From: Balanoglossus misakiensis
Taxonomy: Eukaryota > Animalia > Hemichordata
Direction of reading: 5' to 3'
Length of the DNA: 64,000 bases
NCBI GenBank assembly: GCA_040954595.2
Contig: CM082576.2
Location: 20,569,028-20,633,027, forward strand
Positions 11,606 to 20,953 of this stretch are shown here, one piece after another. Within the stretch, counting starts at the first letter, position 1, and each line of letters begins with the position of its first letter. The notes beneath the pieces were generated by a model. That model worked only from the letters and a program-made list of their open reading frames with translations. It was not told the DNA's origin and made no database searches. The position numbers were made by a program, and so were the translations under genes.

Positions 11606-13488
11606 AGGGTTTTTTATTATTATTCTTCTTCCCACTCTTAAAAACAGCCGCTATTCGAAGACCGTTGCACCCAATGACTTGAAATTTGGCTCATAGGTAA
11701 ATCTCAAAGCAAGTAATTTTCTGATCATGTAACTATGGCAACAGGTCACATGACCTGGCAGCCATCTTGGATTGAAAGTTTAAAATTGATCTCATTTGCA
11801 TAAAAAATGACGAATCAAAATTCTTTGAACAAACTTTGTGGACCATATGGCCAGGGTCCTATATGCAAAATTTCAATGTTCAAGTCTTTGCCGATTTTGA
11901 GGAGATGATTTTTAAAGCATTATTTTTCATATTTTTCAAGACCATTGGACCCAGCCTTAGGCCTATACTTTCCATAGTTAAGCTATGGCCACCTAGGATC
12001 TTAGATTTATGCCCAATATCTCAACATCCGCTGGGCTGATCAGCTTCAAATTTATTGTGCAGCTAGCCTACCTTCCAACAATCAGTTCCAACTGGAAAAA
12101 ATAATATGAAAAATCGACCGATTTTTTTATATTAATTTTTTTATGAAATCTATACCTATACGTATTCCACTATAGTTAAGCTATGGCCAAGTCGTTTTGT
12201 AGAATTCTGGTTGGTGCAATAGTCCTATCGGCCAGTGTGCAGCATAGGACCACAAAAAGAAGCCAAATTAATTCAAGGGTCACCTGTGACACCTGCCTAA
12301 CTCATTAATTATGTGCATACCTAATTCGAGGCAAACCAATAGGGCTACAGGTCTGATTTTTGTTAGACATGGACCAGTATGGGGTCAAATTATCCCCCGA
12401 AATTTGGGGTGACCTTGAGTGACCTTTGACCTTCTTCCGCATATCTCGGCATCCAGAGCAGGTACAGCTTAGGTGTTTGGGTGGATGGTACCAAAATAAG
12501 AAGCCAAATTCAAGGGTCACCTCTGACACCTGCCTAACTCATTAATTATGTGCATACCTAATTCCAGGCAAACCAATAGGGCTACAGGTCTGATTTTTGT
12601 TGGACATGAACCAGTATGGGGTCAAATTATCCCCCAAAATTTGGGGTGACCTTGGGTGACCTTTGACCTACTTCCTCATATCTCGGCATTTACAGCAGGT
12701 ACAGCTTAGGTGTTTGGGTGGATGGTATGAAAATAAGAAGCCAAAATTTAGGGTCACCTGTGATTCCTGCCTAACTCATTAATTATGTGCATACCTAATT
12801 CTAGGCGAACCAAGGGGGCTACAGGTCTGGTGTTTGTTGGATATGTACCACTATGGGGTCAAATGTTTTTGCCCACATTTTGGGTGACCTTGGGTGACCT
12901 TTGACCTACTTCCTCATATCGCGGCATCCAGAGCAGGTACAGCTTAGGTGTTTGGGTGGATGGAACCAAAATAAGAAGCCCAAATTTAGGGTCACCTGTG
13001 ACACCTGCCTTACTCATTAATTATGTGCATACCTAATTCCAGGCGAACTAACAGGACTACAGGTCTGGTGTTTGTTGGACATGGACCAGTATGGGGTCAA
13101 ATTTTCCCCCCAAATTTCGGGTGACCTTGGGTAACCTTTGACCTACTTCCGCATATCTCGGCATCCACAGCAGGTACAGCTTAGGTGTTTGGGAGGATGG
13201 TACCAAAATAATTAGCCAAAATTTAGGACCACCTGTGACACCTGCCTAACTATGTGCATAACTAAGTACACACGAACCAATAGGGCTAGATGTGTGGTTT
13301 TTATTGGACATGGACCAATATAGTGTCAAAATTTTCTGCTCATATTTAGGGTGACCTCACATGACGTTTGACCAACTTTCCCACATCCTACACCCTGACT
13401 AATTAAATATGCACATATCTATCTCCAGGCGAACCAATAGGGCTAGCAGTGTCTCGAAACCCGCTTATTGCTGTTCACAGCTATATTT
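11606..13488 (+). mobile_element. HINE-like element with 237-bp tandem array (unit 1 only)
   Basis: Inserted in a T-run (empty at 32042-32046); agggttt..gaaaccc sub-terminal IR; 3' stem-loop gctgt-tc-acagc followed by tatattt. Confidence 0.8.
12260..13445 (+). repeat. ~5 x 237-bp tandem repeat
   Basis: acctgcctaactcattaattatg-type anchor at 12291, 12528, 12765, 13003 and 13240. Confidence 0.92.
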
Positions 13489-14407
13489 AAAGTTACTATT
13501 TACAAGGAGTTGTTACCTCGAACAAAGACATGTTTACATAACTTAAATAGGCCAGCTGTTACAGAGACCACCAGCTATCACATTTTAATTACCAGTGGCA
13601 GGTCAGTGTGTGTCTGTTCCAGGGCTGACTGAAAGAAGTTGCTTCGCATATGTGTTTGTGTACAGACAATTTTTGGTCAATTTTTTTTTCTAGCACCACT
13701 TGTAAGACTGCCATTACACATGACAGTTTATTGGGCATGTTCCTTGTTAATGTTTTTACATTGCATATTTCTATATGGTCAGATCATAAGTGCTTGCAAA
13801 TGTCACCTGTAATTTTTATTCTGCTGTGTCACTGTTTCCGCATAATCCTCAAATGTCATCAGATCTCCGAATGTGATGAAAACAGTGTGTTTTGAGTGGG
13901 TTTTTTTAATGACCTTTTGGGTTAAAAGTGGCAAAAATGGCAATTTTGTCTTCAAAGGGGTCAATAAGACTGACTTTTTTGGAATCAGCACCATTTTTTA
14001 CATTGAATGGACTAGTCTGCTCAAACTTTCCTTACCAAAAATTCTGTTTAATCTTCTGTAACATGTATACTAGTGTACATGTAGCTGCCTGATAGTTTGC
14101 CCTGTGTGTGTAATTGCTGAGTGACATAACGCATTCTGTGATTGATGCAGTCACGTAACCACCAATCGAACGATTGTTATAAGGAGAACTGCACGACCTT
14201 TAACCGCATTAGCATACCTGATTTTTAGGGCTCGATATTACCTCTGAGGACGCAATATTTAAGTTGAAGTTTTTTTATTTTATCATATTAGAGCAAGAAG
14301 ACTTGTCTTTTATGTAAAAGAAATAGACCCTAATATACAGAGTGCATTTTGAAACGATAGGCAGTTCCGGCCCATAGCCTAATTCTTCATTTTTCTGTCA
14401 TGCGTAG

Positions 14408-14523
14408 GAATTGATTAGTGCTAACAACCCATGTCAAAATGGCAGCACTTGCCAACCCTAACCTCGTGTGTGGCATTGACGTGCACCTGCCAAGGATGCT
14501 TTACTGGGAGCGCTGTGAAAATT
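14408..14523 (+). pseudogene. EGF-like exon E13 (heavily decayed; copy 1 only)
   Basis: Fragments NPCQNGSTCQP / TSCVALTCTCQGCFTG / RCEN, with stops and frameshifts. Confidence 0.7.
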
Positions 14524-15004
14524 GTCAGTCAGTTTCTTTTGTCAAATTAATCAATATGTGTGGGACTGCTATACATGTATATAAAACAGAATACTGCGAT
14601 GGAAAATTCTATAACTTAATGTTTCAGTGGATATATGACTTAAAGTTAGCAGTATGCAGTGAATTCAACAGAAAGTGTAATTTCCTCTTGTGTGAGCTCT
14701 GTGCGACTGTGCCAATGAAAATCTCACGACAAACAAAAATGACAGGTATACACTGTATATTAGCAGCTTTGTCTCTGTAATAGCCATAGTGTTTTGAAGT
14801 TGAAAACTTGCAAAGTGTGCAGTTTTATTCACACTACAAAGGAAACATTGTTGAAACGGATTATCTGTGTACATTGTCAAACTGTACACTTGTCGCGAGA
14901 TTTATTCTCAATTATATTACTAGTATATCATGCTACCGTCTGCAACTCTGATTGGACGAGAGCTAAATCCAGCGATGCTAAAATACTCAATAATGCACTG
15001 CTGG

Positions 15005-15282
15005 CAGTGGTAAAACGGGCTTTCTGTTTGCCACATGGGTTTGTTCTTTAGGTTGTTGTATGTGTTTACACCCATCATGTTTATTGTAGAACCAGGGTCG
15101 ATCAGTGAGGCAACTGCTGTTTGTTCTATCTGCACTGTTACTTGAGGCCTCCTGCCATTTGATTGTTGTACAGTGAAGCAGTATTCATCTCCCGAGCTGT
15201 CTTCCACTTTATGCACAGCTTTGACAGTTTTATCCTTGTCTACCCTATTTGCCTTGCCTTTTGAATGGTAGCATTTGGCTAA
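15005..15282 (-). mobile_element. Gypsy gag-protease remnant (unit 1), split by the LINE; resumes 18911-18973
   Basis: Matches 53230-53566. Confidence 0.8.
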
Positions 15283-18200
15283 TAATAATAATAATAATAA
15301 TAATAATTTATTTGTATAGCGTCAGTATCCACAAAAAAATGTGATCAATGACGCTTAAAGCAAAAGTACAATACAACAAATGGCTAAAAAACAGATTTAA
15401 AAAGTAAAGTTTTAACATTTGATTTAAAAACAGATAAGTCTGGTGCCTGGCGAATGGTGAGTGGAAGATTATTCCAAAGAATTGGAGCAGCAACAGTAAA
15501 AGCGCGATCACCATAACTCTTGGTGCGTGATCGAACAGGGCAGAGTTTGAACTGATCAGCTGACCTTAAATTGCGACATGGAACATATAGATTAGTCATG
15601 CTAGAAAGATAGATTGGACCAAGTTTATGAATGGATTTAAAAATGAGAACTAACATCTTAAAAACAATACGCTCTGTAACAGGTAGCCAGTGCAACTGAT
15701 ACAAAATTGGAGTGATGTGACAGGTGATTTTAGAACGAGTTACAATTCTAGCAGCAATATTCTGAACGCGTTGGATACGGTTGATTGAATACTTCGGGAG
15801 CCCAAATAAAAGTGAATTACATGAATCAATTCGAGACGTAATGAATGCATGAACTAATTGCTCTGTAGCTGAATGAGATAAATATTTGCGGATAAGCGCA
15901 ATGCGACGTAAATGAAAAGTGGCAGAGCGGCAGATCTGTCCAATATGTGGCTTCATTGTCAGACAAGAGTCAAGGATCACTCCAAGGCTCTTAGCCTGAC
16001 AATGGACGGGAATCAGAGAATCGCCAACACGAATTTCTGAAATCCCTCTAGCAGACAGATCACCCAAAATACCAGAGAAAATAACAAATTCAGTCTTATC
16101 ATCGTTTAAGCACAAGAAGTTTTCAGACATCCAAAACCTAACATCAGAAATACAAAGTTCAAGATTTGAAACAGTTCTTGCTGCGTTGTCTTTACTAAAA
16201 GACATATAAAGTGAAGAGTCATCTGCATAAAAACTATAAAGACAACCATGACTTTGAACTAATTCACCTAATGGAGACGTGTACATATTGAAAAGTATGG
16301 GACCAAGAACTGATCCCTGTGGTACCCCAGTGTCGAGCGGATAAAAAGGTGATTGGGTGGAATTTACAAGTACACACTGACTACGATTGGAAAGGTATGA
16401 CTTAAACCACATGAGAACAGTATCTGAGAGACCGAAGCGGTCTCTTAAGCGATTGAGTAAAATGGTATGGTTCACAGTGTCAAATGCTGCGGAAAGATCG
16501 AGTAATACCAAGAAAACATCTCTTTTTTCATCAAGAGCAAGCAAAATGTCATTTGTTACTTTGAGGAGAGCAGTCTCAGTACTGTGTCCTGGCTTGTAAG
16601 CAGATTGCAAAGGCTCGTCCAATGAATGGTTGACAATGTGAGAAGTCAGTCTCTTGGCAACAATACGTTCCAGGATCTTCGACAAAAACGGCAGGTTGGA
16701 TACAGGACGGAAATTTTTGAGAACTTCATGATCAAGAGATGGCTTTTTAAGTAGAGGTTTAACGATGGCTTCCTTGAAATGAGGAGGTACAGCACCATAC
16801 TGCAGAGAGTTATTGAAGATTTCTGTGATATGTGGTAACAAAACTTGTAAAATGTCAGAATGTTTGAAGATCTTGGTAGGAATCGGATCAAGGCGACAAG
16901 TAGATGAAGGCGATGCACGAATAACCTTGTCAATTTCATCAGCTGTTGTAGGCTCAAAGGCATTAAGGCGACAATCGGATTTCAATTCAGTTTGTGGTTG
17001 TGAATGATGTCGAATGGAATTGCCCATATTTATAGTTAGTGATTTTACGCGATTAATGAAGAATTTTGCAAAACGATTTGCTAATTCCAGAGAATCATCA
17101 TGTTTTGGTAGTACAGTGGATGTGTTATTGTGACCAAGCAGTCCCTTTACGACCTTGAATAATTGTTTTTGGTTACCTGAGCACTCGTCAACAAGGCCGA
17201 CATAATGGTTCTTTTTAGCAGCATCCACAAGGCGAACGACGTCGGTCCGACAGGCCCTGTAAATCTGGCGATGTACTTCCAACCTAGATTTTCTCCACAT
17301 TTTTTCTGCCTTCATTCTTTTCAACCGGGCATCGATGATTGACTGATTAATCCATGGCACTGGTCGCCTATTTGGCACTAGTCTCACACGGGTTGGTGCA
17401 TGGCGATCAAATATATCGCTAACAGTGTTTTTAAGCAAATCCCAATTAGTAGATACGTCAGCATCGGGTTGAAGGCGGATGGATGCAGATAATTCAGCAG
17501 CGAAACCATTAGCGGAAAAGGATTTCATATCCCTTGATGTAACAGATTTACGCGTGTTTCTAACGTAAGAGTAATTGCGTATTGAGAATAACACTGGGAA
17601 ATGATCAGAGATCGCATGGATCGGTTCAACTCTGACATCAGCGATGGTACTGTCATCAGCACGAGTAATGATATGGTCAATAGTATGGCCAGCACGATGT
17701 GTAGGAGAAGTTATCAATTGACTCATAGAAAACGACTCCAGAATGTCATGATATTTCCGGGCATTTGGGCAGTTCAGATTGTCAATATGAAAATTGAAGT
17801 CGCCAGTGATGACAAGAGGGGCGTTGTTGGTGAGATGAGAAGACAAGAAGTCAGTGAAGTCATTAACGAAGTCATCAACAGTGAAACCATTTGTTTTATT
17901 CGGAGGAGGACGGTAAACCGTGGCTAGTGTGATATGCGACGATGGAGTTTTTATACGTACCTCCATTAATTCAAACGACTTGATTGAGGTAGAAGGTGGA
18001 CATTGTGACACTAACAGTGAAGATTTAAAAATCGTAGCGATGCCTCCCCCACGACCTTTACGCGGAACACTGATGATGCTATAGCCTGGTGGCAGAGTTT
18101 CATTGATGAGGGATGAATCACTGTCATCGTCACGAAGCCACGTTTCAGCAAGCATTAAAACATCCAAATGACAGTCTTGCAGGAATTCGTTGATAGCTGT

Positions 18201-18907
18201 GGATTTATTGCACAATGATCGACAGTTCATGAAGGCGCAGCGTAGAACATTTCTTGGATGCTGATCGATGGATGGCTTCGTGACAGGAGATAAATCGACT
18301 GGAATATTGTGTGATTTGTCTTTCGCTGGAACAAAACCAGTCTGAGACTGATTATTGTTATGCAGTAGTTCGCCATGGCTATTTGAATATTCAGTAGTAG
18401 GAATCCTGAGGAGATTACCATAAGTAACACGGGAACACTGATTGGCTATTCTGCATTTGTTGAACAGGTGATACGGCGTTATTCGTGTTGAGATGCATCG
18501 TTTCTTTTGTCTGCCTGCAAAGCAGCCTCTTTTGGTATTCAGAGTCTTACATAAGTTCAAATCTTTGAGCTTGTTCCATAAGGTGATAGTTATCCTGGAC
18601 AATAGGCGGTCATTCATGACATTCTTACCGATGTTCATCAAGGTGGCAGCAGTATACACTGGTGGAGGCATGACTTGGAAAGATGGCGACTATTGAAATA
18701 CTGAGACCGGCGAAAGTAAACTTAAAACCACTGTAGTTCCAAAAGCAGGAAAGTTGAGATGTCAGTAAAAGTTGTAGGGTAGGGTCCAGACATTCATAAA
18801 CCAACTCGAGCAGGAATATAACGGCGAAGGTGCGAAAAACACGTTTAAAATGACAAAAACTGGAGAGACTAAAAGCAGTGGGTGCAGCACGTAGCGCGAC
18901 CTCAACT
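15283..18907 (-). mobile_element. Near full-length L2/CR1-group non-LTR retrotransposon (copy 1 only)
   Basis: (TTA)n tail and 3' stem-loop (agcgtca..tgacgct); flanked by TAA at 15280-15282 and 18908-18910; empty site gcatttggc-taa-atggttagg at ~53500. Confidence 0.95.
15384..18671 (-). CDS. LINE endonuclease-reverse transcriptase polyprotein (L2/CR1 group), intact, 1095 aa
   Basis: APE motifs MNCRSL, LAETWL, GDFNFH, TIDH, SDHFPV; RT motifs FRPVSNL, LDLSAAFDTV, GVPQGSVLGP, YADD; L2-type C-terminus LHWLPV..RI.FK and GDRAF. Confidence 0.96.
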   Translation of the reverse strand: MPPPVYTAATLMNIGKNVMNDRLLSRITITLWNKLKDLNLCKTLNTKRGCFAGRQKKRCISTRITPYHLFNKCRIANQCSRVTYGNLLRIPTTEYSNSHGELLHNNNQSQTGFVPAKDKSHNIPVDLSPVTKPSIDQHPRNVLRCAFMNCRSLCNKSTAINEFLQDCHLDVLMLAETWLRDDDSDSSLINETLPPGYSIISVPRKGRGGGIATIFKSSLLVSQCPPSTSIKSFELMEVRIKTPSSHITLATVYRPPPNKTNGFTVDDFVNDFTDFLSSHLTNNAPLVITGDFNFHIDNLNCPNARKYHDILESFSMSQLITSPTHRAGHTIDHIITRADDSTIADVRVEPIHAISDHFPVLFSIRNYSYVRNTRKSVTSRDMKSFSANGFAAELSASIRLQPDADVSTNWDLLKNTVSDIFDRHAPTRVRLVPNRRPVPWINQSIIDARLKRMKAEKMWRKSRLEVHRQIYRACRTDVVRLVDAAKKNHYVGLVDECSGNQKQLFKVVKGLLGHNNTSTVLPKHDDSLELANRFAKFFINRVKSLTINMGNSIRHHSQPQTELKSDCRLNAFEPTTADEIDKVIRASPSSTCRLDPIPTKIFKHSDILQVLLPHITEIFNNSLQYGAVPPHFKEAIVKPLLKKPSLDHEVLKNFRPVSNLPFLSKILERIVAKRLTSHIVNHSLDEPLQSAYKPGHSTETALLKVTNDILLALDEKRDVFLVLLDLSAAFDTVNHTILLNRLRDRFGLSDTVLMWFKSYLSNRSQCVLVNSTQSPFYPLDTGVPQGSVLGPILFNMYTSPLGELVQSHGCLYSFYADDSSLYMSFSKDNAARTVSNLELCISDVRFWMSENFLCLNDDKTEFVIFSGILGDLSARGISEIRVGDSLIPVHCQAKSLGVILDSCLTMKPHIGQICRSATFHLRRIALIRKYLSHSATEQLVHAFITSRIDSCNSLLFGLPKYSINRIQRVQNIAARIVTRSKITCHITPILYQLHWLPVTERIVFKMLVLIFKSIHKLGPIYLSSMTNLYVPCRNLRSADQFKLCPVRSRTKSYGDRAFTVAAPILWNNLPLTIRQAPDLSVFKSNVKTLLFKSVF

Positions 18908-18975
18908 TAAATGGTTAGGTTTGCCACACTTCCTGCATGACTTGCCTTTAGCTGGACATACTGAGTCATGTGGTA

Positions 18976-19165
18976 CCATTATTAAAATAGGGGCCAGTCA
19001 TCAAAACGTAAGTGAGCCAAAAAACTACAGGTCAGATAAATTGTTTTCTCGTAAATTCAACATTAGAATCAAATTTGGCGTTGGAAACAAACGGCGGGTC
19101 GCCAGTTCCTGGTCTGGAGGCTGGTAGAGTCACGTCTTGAAGACTGGCCCCTATTTTAATAATGG
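18976..19165. mobile_element. Small MITE (Tc1/pogo-like), unit 1 only
   Basis: TIR ccattattaaaataggggccagtc..gactggcccctattttaataatgg; flanked by TA and CA. Confidence 0.7.
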
Positions 19166-19419
19166 CATTGTCATGACCGGCCAACCTTTGACCTCGGAGA
19201 CCACAATGTAGAGCTATCGATCAGCTTTTCGCGTTTCAATCAAACATTGCAATCACGGGCTAAAATCACTAACTAGTTGATACCTTTTTCGGTGTTTCAT
19301 CTAACCTTTGAAAGGAGTATAATAAAAATGAAATGACCGCACGTAATGTGCATTTCTTGTTCACGTGTGGGGACTATATGTGTGCGTAATGATCCAAATG
19401 CAAGGGGTCGTGTGAACAG

Positions 19420-19915
19420 GCCTTAAATAATGAGTTTGTGTTAAATAATGAGTTTGCGTTAAATAATAAGTTGACAAACGGCGCGAGTGCATTTTTTCAT
19501 GGTTTAGAAATCACTTATTTATATATAATTCATTATATAATGTAAATCACTCATGATATATATATAATAGACTTGCACTTAAATTATTTATAAATCACTC
19601 ATGATATATATATAATACACTTAAATTTTTTTTATTTATAAATAATTAATTATATATAAATAATTATGTACATCACTCATGATATATATATAATAGACTG
19701 ACACTGACATTGTTTATAAATAATTTATTATATATAAATAAAAGAGCATAAAATACATTTTATGTATATAATTGAATCGACTTGAAATTATTTATAAATA
19801 AATTGTCAGGACTTAAATGGTTTGCAAATCTATAATTACATACATATAAGTATGTTAAATAACGACTTTTGAACAAATAATTTAGCTAAATAATAAGTTA
19901 ACACATGGCACCCCA
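19420..19915. repeat. AT-rich low-complexity block with short internal repeats (unit 1 only)
   Basis: ttaaataat(g/a)agtt x3 and atcactcatgatatatatataata x3. Confidence 0.7.
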
Positions 19916-20921
19916 TACAAACATTACGTCCAGTCCAAATATTCTGCCAATTTTACATCCAATGCATTCAAATAGTGGACTGCTTCGCTTTCATCAAGTT
20001 TTCATGTGCATCGTATAAGTAGACTTTTGTTTTGTCCCGTCTTTTCACCGAATTTGCTCTTTTCCAAATCTCCGACACAGACTATGATCGTCACATTCTT
20101 GTCTGTTGTTAGAACAGCACACTGCCATATGGCATTGACTGTATACAGTTTCTGTTACCAATATCTCTGGTTTGGCATTTTCCTGTCCTCAATCTTTTGC
20201 CAGAGATTTTTGTGTCCCCAACCCGCGTGAGAATCCCACGTCTTTGAAGGTATGACTGTGACTATAAGATTCTATAAATCTCTGTTTATTTTCAGCACAA
20301 ACATCATGTGCTGATTGCCCAGCTGGTAACCAATGTCCAAATGGTAACACTGTGATTTTATGCTCGGCTGGTTATTACAGTTCGGCCTTGGACAAAGGAT
20401 GTCTCGCTGTACCTCTTGCATAACAGGTAAACTTCTACCCACCAACCTTTATTTCCAACATCAAACATTAGGTCAGGTAATTTACTAACTGAAAAACAGG
20501 ATGGGAACATTTTCCATTTCTGTATTTAAAATTTACTGATATAATATATGAATGAAAAAATGACAATTTTTCCAAATTTGAATAGACCTCTATTTATGAA
20601 AATAATTAAAATTTGCGCCAATTTTTTACAGTGGTATTCAAAGGTTAACTTGGTGTGTAAATTCTTTGTTTGATTTACAGATCAGCCGGTGCTGAACAGT
20701 GTACTATTTGTGAGCAAGGGTACGCCTGCACAGATCCCAGTGCATCGCAATTCAAGTGTACCAAGGGTTACGTGTCATTGGCTGGTGCAACAAACTGTAC
20801 CAGATGTACAAATGGTAAGATTGTGGTACTTGTTCAGTTTGCTGTGTGATGAAACTGAGTGGTATGTGTGTATGCATGTATGTGTTTACAACAGATTTTC
20901 AAGTCAGTGCGACTGGGGTTA

Positions 20922-20953
<32 letters not shown>

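Larger units (their letters stand above)
45..14523 (+). pseudogene. Cys-rich repeat + EGF-like repeat protein pseudogene fragment, copy 1
   Basis: AG/GT-bounded exons A1-A4, E1-E4, E6-E8, 3' part of E9 (9048-9096) and E10-E13. Stops: TAA 1021, TAG in E2 and E8; several frameshifts. No start, signal-peptide or terminal exon seen. Confidence 0.85.
1..20251 (+). repeat. ~20-kb tandem unit, copy 1 (phase set by window start)
   Basis: Sequence at 1 recurs at 20252; ORF track repeats with offset 20251 (438/20689, 939/21190). Confidence 0.95.

Noticed and set aside
12260-13445. Regularly spaced repeats as a possible CRISPR array
   Set aside because: The whole 237-bp monomer repeats, there are no unique spacers or cas genes, and the context is eukaryotic.
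45-14523. Naming the gene Notch, SCUBE, SVEP1 or fibropellin
   Set aside because: No CUB, sushi, LNR, ankyrin or avidin exons seen; no calcium-binding EGF consensus; the Cys spacing differs.
438-14900. The many 60-200 aa ORFs in the track as genes
   Set aside because: They are wrong-frame or intron read-through of small exons, antisense frames or TE sequence; they recur only because the DNA is duplicated.
4037-15746. The two same-orientation LINE 3' ends as LTRs of one large element, or as the cause of the 20-kb duplication
   Set aside because: Each has its own tail and target site, and their spacing (~11.2 kb) does not match the period.
16387-17927. Plus-strand ORFs inside the LINE as antisense genes
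   Set aside because: Short shadow ORFs opposite a long coding frame, with no recognisable motifs.
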